Shown: in pieces, positions 14,320-22,079 of the stretch
Layout: each line of letters opens with the position of its first letter
Numbering within the stretch: the stretch's first letter is position 1
From: Kineosporiaceae bacterium
GTDB lineage: Bacteria > Actinomycetota > Actinomycetes > Actinomycetales > Angustibacteraceae
NCBI GenBank assembly: GCA_027345905.1
Contig: DAIETC010000040.1
Span: 1 to 28,138, forward strand
Length of the DNA stretch: 28,138 bases
Reading direction: 5' to 3'
The notes under the pieces: generated by a model
The model's input: the letters and a program-made list of their open reading frames with translations, nothing else
Told to the model about the DNA's origin: nothing
Databases searched by the model: none
Program-made: the position numbers and the translations under genes

Positions 14320-15065
14320 TGCTGCGGCCCCTTCTCGGTGTGCTCGATGGCTGCCGGTGCGGCGCCAGGCGGCAACGCGGACTTGAGCTTGGCCAGCTCC
14401 AGCTCGACGGTGGAGCTGGAGGAGATGCGGTCCAGCTCGCCCTGGATGTCGTCCCTGCCCGTGCCGCTGGCGTCCTCGAGCGCACCCGAGGCCAGCAGCT
14501 CGTCGATGGCCCCGGCGCGGGCCTGCATCTGCGCGGTCTTGTCCTCGGCGCGCTGCATTGCCAGGCCGACGTCGCCCATCTCTTCGCTGAGACCGGAGAA
14601 CGCCTCACCGATCTTGGTCTGGGCCTCGGCGGCGCTGTAGGTGGCCTTCATCGTTTCCTTGCGCGTGCGGAACGCGTCGACCTTGGCCTGCAGCCGCCCC
14701 GAGGCCAGGGTGAGCTTCTCTTCCTGGGCCCGCAGGGCCGCGTGCTGCGAAGCCAGCTCGGTCAGCTGTTGCTGGGCTGCCGCGCGGCGGGTCAGCGCCT
14801 CGCGGGCAAGGTCCTCGCGGTTCGCGCTCATCGCCTGCGCCGCCTGCTGCTGCAGCTTGTCGGCCGCGGCGTTGAGCTGTTGGGCCTGCAGCTCCAGCCG
14901 CTTGCGGCTGGTCGCCACATCCGCCACGCCGCGACGCACCTGCTGCAGCATCTGCAGCTGCTTGTCGTAGGAGTAGTCCAGGACCTCGCGCGGGTCTTCG
15001 GCCTTGTCCATGGCGCGGGAGGCCTTGGCCTTGAAGATCATCGCCAACCGGCTGCTCAGGCTCAT
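14316..15065 (-). CDS. pspA: PspA/IM30 (ESCRT-III-like) phage shock protein, about 249 aa
   Basis: MSLSSRLAMIFKAKASRAMDKAEDP, long coiled coil, ARAGAIDEL; AAGGA RBS before ATG 15065. Confidence 0.92.
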   Translation of the reverse strand: MSLSSRLAMIFKAKASRAMDKAEDPREVLDYSYDKQLQMLQQVRRGVADVATSRKRLELQAQQLNAAADKLQQQAAQAMSANREDLAREALTRRAAAQQQLTELASQHAALRAQEEKLTLASGRLQAKVDAFRTRKETMKATYSAAEAQTKIGEAFSGLSEEMGDVGLAMQRAEDKTAQMQARAGAIDELLASGALEDASGTGRDDIQGELDRISSSSTVELELAKLKSALPPGAAPAAIEHTEKGPQQ

Positions 15066-15106
15066 CGCTGTTCCTTGCGCTCGCATACGCCTATGGGACC
15101 GATCAC
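15062..15106 (-). CDS. Possible 14-aa leader/coupling peptide (MIGPIGVCERKEQR) between DUF72 and pspA
   Basis: GTG overlaps the DUF72 stop (GTGA), its TGA overlaps the pspA ATG (ATGA), and a TAGGCT -10 lies 6 nt upstream. Confidence 0.3.
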   Translation of the reverse strand: MIGPIGVCERKEQR

Positions 15107-16002
15107 GGCGCCAGCCTAACCCGATCGACCAGGCGGGCGAGCGCCATCGCGTCGGCTGGGGCGCGGACCTTCAGGTCGTTGTCGAAGTACACGAACACCT
15201 CGCGGGCTCGCACAGGTGCGTCCGGCGCCACGGTCCTTCCCTCGTGAGGGGTCAGACCATTGCGCCACAACGAAATGCGCTGAGCCCAGGCATTCAGTGC
15301 CGATTCGTCGTAACCACTGGCGTAGAGCTCCTCGGCGCCGTGCAGCCGCAGGTAGACGATGTCGGCAGTGACGTCGTCCAGCTCGGGCCAGCGCTGCCCG
15401 GCGTCCGCGCGCACCAGGGCGACGTCGTACGCGCGGAGCAGCTCGACCAGCTCAGTTCCGGCGAAGCTGGGGTGGCGCACCTCGAGCGCATGGCGCAGCG
15501 GCTGGTCGCTCACCGCGACCGTCAGAGCCCGGTCCTCGAGCCGCGCATCATGCTCGCGGGCCAGCTCGGCGGCGGCGGCGCTCGTGCGCGGGAGCTGGGC
15601 AAGAAACGCTTCGACCCGCTCGTCGAACGCGAGCGTCGGTGGCAGCTGCCACAGGATCGGTCCCAGCTTGGCGCCCAGCGCCAACGGACCGGAGGCAAAG
15701 AAGTTCGCGAGGGCGGTGCGCGCGTCCAGCAGCCGCTTCATATGGGTGATGAAGCGCGGTCCCTTGAGGGCGAACACGAACCCGGGTGGCGTCTCGTCGT
15801 GCCAGCGCTGGTAGGACGAAGGGCGCTGCAGGGAGTAGAACGACCCGTTGACCTCGATGCTCGTCAGCTGCGTGGCCGCGTAGCCGAGCTCGTCCCGGTG
15901 GCGCAGGCCAGGGGGGTAGAACACGCCGCGCCACGGCGCGTACGTCCAGCCGGAGATGCCGATCCGCACCGCCCCTGGGTCCACGAACTCCTCCGTCACC
16001 AC
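15103..16002 (-). CDS. DUF72 (YecE-like TIM-barrel) protein, about 299 aa
   Basis: RIGISGWTYAPWRGVFYP, SIEVNGSFY, FALKGPRFITH, LWQLPP, EVRHPSF, YLRLHG, VYFDND. Exact start uncertain (16002 or 15999). Confidence 0.92.
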   Translation of the reverse strand: MVTEEFVDPGAVRIGISGWTYAPWRGVFYPPGLRHRDELGYAATQLTSIEVNGSFYSLQRPSSYQRWHDETPPGFVFALKGPRFITHMKRLLDARTALANFFASGPLALGAKLGPILWQLPPTLAFDERVEAFLAQLPRTSAAAAELAREHDARLEDRALTVAVSDQPLRHALEVRHPSFAGTELVELLRAYDVALVRADAGQRWPELDDVTADIVYLRLHGAEELYASGYDESALNAWAQRISLWRNGLTPHEGRTVAPDAPVRAREVFVYFDNDLKVRAPADAMALARLVDRVRLAP

Positions 16003-16014
16003 CCCTGTCGCGCC

Positions 16015-16036
16015 TGTCGGTGCCGCATGGCAGGGT
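16015..16036 (+). promoter_or_regulatory. PafBC-type (RecA-NDp-like) promoter, leaderless, upstream of DUF5709 gene
   Basis: TGTCGGTG (16015-16022)-N8-CAGGGT (16031-16036)-N6-ATG (16043); same -10 variant and spacing as at 1503-1532. Confidence 0.55.
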
Positions 16037-16042
16037 CAGACT

Positions 16043-16549
16043 ATGAGCAAAGACGACTCTGGCGAGAGCTATGACATCGAGGGCGCCGGCACCTACAGCG
16101 TGGACGACGAAGACCAGCTGCAACGCGACGACACCCTGGTCGACCGCGGTGTCGACGACGTGCTGGACGAGGGCTACTCCCCGCCGGATCGTCCGCCGGC
16201 CGCAGCCGCGTTCGGCACCACGGCCGCCGAGCAGGCTCAAGGTGAGACGCTCGCGATGCGGATGGCCCAAGAAGAACCCGACCCGAACCTGGCCTTCGAC
16301 GACCCGCTGGCTGAGCCAATTGGCGGGGCGGACCAGGACGAGACGGACCAGGGGGACGACGCAGACGCCGACGAGTTCCTGGACGGGCGCGAGGTGGGCG
16401 ACGAGCGGGCCGGGCGGCTGGTCGCGCCGGATGAAGGGGCGCACGAAGACACCGAGAAGGACCTCGTGGCCGGTGATGTCGGGATCGACTCAGGTGCGGC
16501 CAGCGCCGAAGAGGCGGCCATGCACGTGATCGACGAGGAGGACGTCTAG
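16043..16549 (+). CDS. DUF5709 domain acidic protein, 168 aa
   Basis: DQLQRDDTL.DRGVDDVLDEGYSPP and RAGRLVAPDEG...DVGIDSGAASAEEAAMHVID; very Asp/Glu-rich; start at ATG 16043. Confidence 0.85.
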   Translation: MSKDDSGESYDIEGAGTYSVDDEDQLQRDDTLVDRGVDDVLDEGYSPPDRPPAAAAFGTTAAEQAQGETLAMRMAQEEPDPNLAFDDPLAEPIGGADQDETDQGDDADADEFLDGREVGDERAGRLVAPDEGAHEDTEKDLVAGDVGIDSGAASAEEAAMHVIDEEDV

Positions 16550-16637
16550 CGCAGGCCAGCTGCGGCTGCCGGCGTCACTGGAATCTCGTGGGGGCAATGG
16601 TTGTTGGCCTCGCCGGCAGGAGCATGCCGCGCCAGCC

Positions 16638-16710
16638 GACGTACAGACGGCCAGCCGGCATATTGACCGCGGTGACGTATAGACGGCGCTGACGTATAGA
16701 CGGCGGTGAC
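16638..16710. promoter_or_regulatory. Three copies of the imperfect palindrome GACGTAYAGACGGC; the last two lie in a 17-bp tandem repeat. Candidate operator array.
   Basis: Copies at 16638-16651, 16674-16687 and 16691-16704; tandem units 16669-16685, 16686-16702 and partial 16703-16710; directly upstream of the MFS gene. Confidence 0.55.
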
Positions 16711-16726
16711 CAAGTCGAGAGGCGAG

Positions 16727-18259
16727 ATGACGAGCATCAAAGCGCAAACGTCGAGCAGCACGGCGGACACTGGTCTGGGCTTTCGCTCCGAGCGGGGGCC
16801 GGTACTCATCGCCCTGATGCTGTCCATGGCGCTGGTCGCCCTCGACAGCACGATCATGGCGACGGCGGTGCCCTCCGTGGTCAAGGACCTCGGAGGCTTC
16901 TCCAGCTTCCCGTGGCTGTTCTCGGTGTACCTGCTGGCGCAGGCCGTATCGGTGCCGATCTACGGAAAGCTCGCGGACATGGTGGGGCGCAAGCCGGTCA
17001 TCCTGGTCGGCGTCGGGCTCTTCCTGCTCGGTTCGGTGCTGTGCGGTCTGGCCTGGAGCCTGCCCGCGCTGATCCTCTTCCGGGCGGTGCAGGGTCTGGG
17101 TGCCGGCGCCGTCCTACCGATCGCGATGACCATCGTGGGCGACCTGTACTCGGTGCAGGAGCGCGCGCGGGTCCAGGGCTATCTCGCCAGCGTGTGGGCG
17201 GCATCCTCTGTGGTCGGTCCCGCACTGGGCGGGGTGTTCTCCCAGTACGCCAGCTGGCGCTGGATCTTCTTCGTCAACGTGCCGGTTGGGGCCTTGGCGG
17301 TATGGATGCTCGTGCGCCGATTCAACGAGACGGTGACGCGACGCCGGCACGAGATCGACTACACCGGTGCGGGGCTGCTGGCCGCCGGCTGCACCCTGGT
17401 GATCCTTGCCCTGCTCGAGGGCGGTCAGGCGTGGGCCTGGAGGTCGGTGCCCGGGCTCGCTGTGCCGCTGGCCGGACTGGCGCTGCTGGTCCTGTTCGGG
17501 TTCGTCGAGCGCCGGGCGGCAGAGCCCGTCCTACCCACCTGGTTGCTGCAACGACGTGTGCTGGCCGGTAGCAGCGCCGTCGGGCTCGGTGTCGGCGCCA
17601 TCCTCATCGGCCTGAGCTCCTACGTGCCGACCTACGTCCAGGGAGTACTCGGCACCGGACCGCTGGTCGCCGGGTTCGCGGTCGCCGCTCTGACCATCGG
17701 CTGGCCCCTTGCTGCCTCGCTGGCCGGACGGGTCTACCTACGGATCGGTTTTCGCGACACCGCGGTGATCGGCGTGTCGGTGGTCATCCTCGGGGCCGGG
17801 GGGATGCTCTGGCTGGGCGAACGTTCGCCCGTCTGGCAGGTGGCAGCCGCTTGCTTCGTCATCGGGGTGGGGATGGGGCTGAGCGCGGTCCCGACGCTGG
17901 TGGCGGCGCAGTCCGCCGTCGGGTGGCAGGAGCGCGGGGTGGTCACCGCCACCAACATGTTCAGCCGCTCGATCGGCAGCGCGCTGGGCGTGGCCATTTT
18001 CGGCGCGATCGCCAACGCCACCCTGAGCGCCCAGCTGGCCAAGGCTCCGGCGAGCGCGCGTGCCGGCTTGCCACAGGGTGCCGACGCGGCGGCGTCCGTC
18101 CTCGGCCATGGCCAGGGGCACAGCCCGGCGGTGATCTCACTGGTGCGTGCGGCACTCTCGCAGGCCAGCCATCTGGTGTTCGTCGCCCTGCTGGTCACGG
18201 CCGTCCTGACCGCCGCCGCCCTGATGCTCATGCCGCGGCGCACCGAAACGGTTCAGTGA
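16727..18259 (+). CDS. MFS drug:H+ antiporter (DHA2-like, about 14 TM), about 510 aa
   Basis: ALDSTIMATAVP, GKLADMVGRK (motif A), FRAVQGLGAG, GPALGG, WRWIFFVNVPVG; start ATG 16727. Confidence 0.93.
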   Translation: MTSIKAQTSSSTADTGLGFRSERGPVLIALMLSMALVALDSTIMATAVPSVVKDLGGFSSFPWLFSVYLLAQAVSVPIYGKLADMVGRKPVILVGVGLFLLGSVLCGLAWSLPALILFRAVQGLGAGAVLPIAMTIVGDLYSVQERARVQGYLASVWAASSVVGPALGGVFSQYASWRWIFFVNVPVGALAVWMLVRRFNETVTRRRHEIDYTGAGLLAAGCTLVILALLEGGQAWAWRSVPGLAVPLAGLALLVLFGFVERRAAEPVLPTWLLQRRVLAGSSAVGLGVGAILIGLSSYVPTYVQGVLGTGPLVAGFAVAALTIGWPLAASLAGRVYLRIGFRDTAVIGVSVVILGAGGMLWLGERSPVWQVAAACFVIGVGMGLSAVPTLVAAQSAVGWQERGVVTATNMFSRSIGSALGVAIFGAIANATLSAQLAKAPASARAGLPQGADAAASVLGHGQGHSPAVISLVRAALSQASHLVFVALLVTAVLTAAALMLMPRRTETVQ

Positions 18260-18295
18260 GCCTGCGAGGGCTCAAGGTGACAGTTCGATCCGTCG

Positions 18296-20638
18296 ATGCT
18301 CGCGGAGGGGCCGGATTGGTCCGGTCCGGCGACACGAACGGAGACGTGGTACGTGCGTCGGCGAGGGATCGTGGCCATGGTGATCGGGGCCATGCTGCTG
18401 AGCGGTTGCCTGGTGGGCTCGTTGTTGACCGTGCGCCAGCAGCAGCGTGCCCAGGCGATGCTGGACGAGCAGCTCGTGCACGTGGCAGCAGAGCGCGCAG
18501 CCGCCGTCGAGGCCTACTTCGAGCGGGCTCGGGCCGTCACTTTGGTGACCAGTCACAACCCGGCGTTCGCGCAGTTCTACCTCGACCGCCGTCCGGCGCT
18601 GGTTAAGCGGCTCGCTCGCACTGCCGCGGTCCAACAGGTCCAGTCGGCCCTGGACTATCTCGAGGTGCTGTATCCGGCCAGCATCGGTGAGGCGTGCTTC
18701 ATCGACCTGTCCGGCACCGAGAACGCTCGCGTGGTCCACGGTCGCGCCGCGCCAGCGGCTGAGCTGTCGACCGACGAACGGAGCAACCCGTTCTTTTGGC
18801 CGACCCTCGCCCAGCCGGTGGGGACCGTCTACCAGGCTCGGCCTTATCGTTCGCCGGACACGGGGGACATGGTCGTGTCCAACTCCACGCTCGTCGCCGG
18901 TGCGAACGGGCGTCCGCTGGCGATCGTGCACTTCGAGGTCACCATGGACAGCTTCCGTCAGTTGCTGATGGCGAGCTCGAGTGCCCGCACCGGCGTCGAC
19001 CTCGTCGAGTCCACAACCGGTGCCGTGGTCAGCGAGGGTGCGAACCAGCCGCATCCCCGCGATGCCAGCGGCGCGAGGGACGTGGTCGTCGACATCGGCG
19101 GCAACGCCCGGGCGACCGGCCTGGCTTGGTCCGGGGGCCAACGCATCGCCTTCCACCGGGTGCACAGCCGTCCCGGAAACGCGAACCGTTGGTACGTGGT
19201 CGCCCACGGCGAGTCGGTGCCTGTTGCGCCCCTTCCCTTGCTCGTCTTGCTGGGCCTGTTCGGCCCGCTCGCCATCTGGCTGATCCTGCTGGCGGTGCAC
19301 TACATGCGCGCCGAACGCCGCAATCTGCAGCAGGCGGCTGTGACTGACGACTTGACCCAGCTGCCGAATCGAACTCACCTGAACCAACGAGTCAGCGCGG
19401 CGCTGCAGGCGATGGGCAACGATCACAAGAGCCGGGTGCTGATGCTCATCGACCTGGACGACTTCAAGGAGGTCAACGACACGCTCGGTCACTCCCGCGG
19501 GGACGAGCTGCTGCGCGAGGTGGCCGAGCGACTACGTGAGACGCTGCGAGCGACGGATACCCTGGTGCGCCTGGGTGGGGACGAGTTCGCGGTCCTGCTG
19601 GACGGACCGGCGGGCGCCGAGGAGGCCGCCCAGGCCGCGGCACGGATCGGCGCCGGACTGCAACGTCCGTTCACTGGCGGCCCCATGCAGCTGCAGGTCA
19701 GAGCCAGTATCGGCACGGCGATCGCCCCGCAGCACGGGACCGACCTGCTCACCTTGCTGCAGCGGGCTGACGTGGCGATGTACCAAGCCAAGCGGGCCGG
19801 CACCGGCCACTGCGTGTACGCCGCCGAGCGGGACACGCACTCGACGCGCAAGCTGGCGCTGGCGGGCTCGCTGCGCGGCGCCATCGAGCGGCGCGAGATC
19901 GTCCCGTTCTTCCAGCCGCTCGTGGATGCCCAGACCGGGGAAGTCGTCGCGGCTGAAGCCCTGGCCCGGTGGGAGCACCCCGAGCTCGGCCTGCTGGGCC
20001 CGACGGAGTTCATCCCACTTGCCGAAGAGACCGGGCTGATCCACGAGCTCACCATGTCGATGTTGGACCAGTCGCTGCGCCAGTGCCGACTCTGGCAGGA
20101 CCGCGGGGAGAACCTGTGCGTGTCGGTCAACTTCTCCGCCACGGACCTGGTCGACCTGGGTGTCTTTGGGCGCGTCACCAAGGCGCTGGCGCAGCATGGG
20201 GTTGCGGCAGCCAAGCTCACCGTCGAGATCACCGAGACGGGGCTGTTCAGCGACCGTAACCGGGCCATGCGGATCATCGGTCAGCTGGCCGCTGCAGGCG
20301 TGCAGGTCGCGCTCGACGATTTCGGCACGGGGTACGCCACGCTGTCGGTACTACGCGAGTACCCGATCGACGTCGTCAAGATCGACCGCTCGTTCGTCCA
20401 TCGGATGCTGAGCGACCCGGCCGACGCCGTGATCGTGCGTGCCACGCTGGACCTCGCCAGCAGTCTGGGCCTGCGCAGCGTCGCCGAGGGCGTGGAAGAC
20501 CAAGAGGTCCTGCTGGGTCTGCGCGCTGCGGGGTGCAGCCTGATCCAGGGGTACTACTACACACCTCCGCTGCCTGCGCAGGAGTTCGACCACTGGCTCG
20601 TCGGCTACCGCGCGCAGCTCACTTCTGCTGCAACCTAA
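18296..20638 (+). CDS. Membrane-bound Cache-like sensor / GGDEF / EAL c-di-GMP enzyme, up to 780 aa
   Basis: Two TM segments flank an extracytoplasmic domain; DLDDFKEVNDTLGH, RATD I-site, RLGGDEF; EAL domain AEALARW, VNFS, EITE, LDDFGTGY, KIDRSF, AEGVE, QGYY. Alternative start GTG 18353. Confidence 0.93.
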   Translation: MLAEGPDWSGPATRTETWYVRRRGIVAMVIGAMLLSGCLVGSLLTVRQQQRAQAMLDEQLVHVAAERAAAVEAYFERARAVTLVTSHNPAFAQFYLDRRPALVKRLARTAAVQQVQSALDYLEVLYPASIGEACFIDLSGTENARVVHGRAAPAAELSTDERSNPFFWPTLAQPVGTVYQARPYRSPDTGDMVVSNSTLVAGANGRPLAIVHFEVTMDSFRQLLMASSSARTGVDLVESTTGAVVSEGANQPHPRDASGARDVVVDIGGNARATGLAWSGGQRIAFHRVHSRPGNANRWYVVAHGESVPVAPLPLLVLLGLFGPLAIWLILLAVHYMRAERRNLQQAAVTDDLTQLPNRTHLNQRVSAALQAMGNDHKSRVLMLIDLDDFKEVNDTLGHSRGDELLREVAERLRETLRATDTLVRLGGDEFAVLLDGPAGAEEAAQAAARIGAGLQRPFTGGPMQLQVRASIGTAIAPQHGTDLLTLLQRADVAMYQAKRAGTGHCVYAAERDTHSTRKLALAGSLRGAIERREIVPFFQPLVDAQTGEVVAAEALARWEHPELGLLGPTEFIPLAEETGLIHELTMSMLDQSLRQCRLWQDRGENLCVSVNFSATDLVDLGVFGRVTKALAQHGVAAAKLTVEITETGLFSDRNRAMRIIGQLAAAGVQVALDDFGTGYATLSVLREYPIDVVKIDRSFVHRMLSDPADAVIVRATLDLASSLGLRSVAEGVEDQEVLLGLRAAGCSLIQGYYYTPPLPAQEFDHWLVGYRAQLTSAAT

Positions 20639-20648
20639 GGTGGGCGCC

Positions 20649-21395
20649 ATGTCTCGTCCGATCGCCGTGGTCACCGGCGCCAGCAGTGGGATCGGGGCCG
20701 CCACCGCGCTGCGCCTGGCGGCTGAGGGTTTTGACGTCGTTGCCGCCGCGCGCCGCGGGGAGCGCCTGCAGGAGCTGGCCGAGCAGAGCGCGCACGTGCG
20801 GCCGGTCGTCACCGACGTCACCGATGAGGCGTCGGTCCGCTCGATGGCCGCCGGCCTGGACGACGTCGCCGTGCTGGTCGCCAACGCGGGCGGCGCCTAC
20901 GGTGTCGACCCCGTCGAGGCGGCCGACGTCCAGGACTGGCAGCGCATGTACGACGTCAACGTGCTGGGCGTGCTGCGCTGCGTCCAGGCGTTGCTGCCCG
21001 CGCTGGAGGCCGGCGACGGAGGTCAGATCATCATCACCGGGTCGATCGCGGGGCACCTGGTGTACGAGGGCGGCGGGGGCTACACCGCCGCCAAGCACGC
21101 CGCGTCCGCGCTTGCCCAGACGCTACGGCTGGAGCTGAACGGACGCCCCGTGCGGGTCAGCGAGATCGCTCCCGGCATGGTGCGCACACCGGAGTTCTCG
21201 CTGGTCCGCCTGGGCGGTGACCAGGCCGGCGCGGATGCCGTATATGCCGGGGTGGACGCGCCCTTGACCGCACAGGACGTCGCGGACTGCATCGCCTGGA
21301 CCGCCACGCGTCCCGCCCACGTGAACATCGACCTGCTGGTCGTCAAACCGATCGCCCAGGCCGCTCCCCATAAGGTGCACCGCCGCGCGACCTGA
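20649..21395 (+). CDS. SDR oxidoreductase (YdfG-like), 248 aa
   Basis: VTGASSGIG, AARRGERL, ANAGG, YTAAK, EIAPGMVRT, TRPAHVNI; leaderless (TAAGGT-N7-ATG). Confidence 0.92.
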   Translation: MSRPIAVVTGASSGIGAATALRLAAEGFDVVAAARRGERLQELAEQSAHVRPVVTDVTDEASVRSMAAGLDDVAVLVANAGGAYGVDPVEAADVQDWQRMYDVNVLGVLRCVQALLPALEAGDGGQIIITGSIAGHLVYEGGGGYTAAKHAASALAQTLRLELNGRPVRVSEIAPGMVRTPEFSLVRLGGDQAGADAVYAGVDAPLTAQDVADCIAWTATRPAHVNIDLLVVKPIAQAAPHKVHRRAT

Positions 21396-22032
21396 CCGGG
21401 CGGTGCAGATCGAAGACTTCGCCCAGGGCGCCCCACTGCGCCCGGCCGAGCCGGGCGGCCGGGTCGAGTAGCCGGACGTCGGGTAGCCCGTCCTCGGCGA
21501 GGAAGCGCCGGTCGACCGACAGGTGCACCACCCGGCCGAACACGACCGTGCTGCGCCCGAAGGTGTGCTCGCCTTCGGCGACGCATTCGATCGCCACGGC
21601 GCACTGTGCGACCCGCGGGACCGCGACGACCGCGCTGTCGTGCGGTGTCAGGCCGGCCATCGCCAGCTCGTCCACCTCGGGTGGAACGCTGGCGCTCGTG
21701 GCGTTGATCTGCTCGGCCAGGCGGCGGTGGGCGAAGTTCACGACGAACTGCCCGGTCGCGCGTACGTTGCGCAGGCTGTCCTTGGTGCCGATCGAGGTGA
21801 ACGAGACGACCGGTGGTTCGGCCGAGGCGACGGTGAAGAACGAGTGGGGGGCGAGGTTCACCACGCCGTCGGCCGACACCGTGCTCACCCAGGCGATCGG
21901 TCGGGGTACGACGATCGCCGTCAACCAGGGGTACGTCGACCCGGCGGCCAGGTCAGCGACGTGCAGGTGCAGACGCTCGTCATCCGCAAGCTCGCCGGCA
22001 GCAGGCGTTGGAGGGTCGAGGACACCAGGCAC
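21343..22032 (-). CDS. Flavin reductase-like (DIM6/NTAB) FMN-binding protein, about 229 aa
   Basis: IVVPRPIAWVST, NLAPHSFF, KDSLRNVRATGQFVVN, PRVAQCAVAIEC, ARLGRAQW. Start set at GTG 22032 (TAGGGT-N7-GTG); ATG 22068 is an alternative. Confidence 0.88.
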   Translation of the reverse strand: MPGVLDPPTPAAGELADDERLHLHVADLAAGSTYPWLTAIVVPRPIAWVSTVSADGVVNLAPHSFFTVASAEPPVVSFTSIGTKDSLRNVRATGQFVVNFAHRRLAEQINATSASVPPEVDELAMAGLTPHDSAVVAVPRVAQCAVAIECVAEGEHTFGRSTVVFGRVVHLSVDRRFLAEDGLPDVRLLDPAARLGRAQWGALGEVFDLHRPVRSRGGAPYGERPGRSV

Positions 22033-22079
22033 CCGCGCCACCCTAGGTGGATCCGGTGCCGGGCTCATAGGGTGGGGCG

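Noticed and set aside
19491-19503. Fourth copy of the CCCGCGGG palindrome (ACTCCCGCGGGGA)
   Set aside because: Only the core matches, arms are not complementary, and it encodes the conserved GHSRGD segment of the GGDEF domain.
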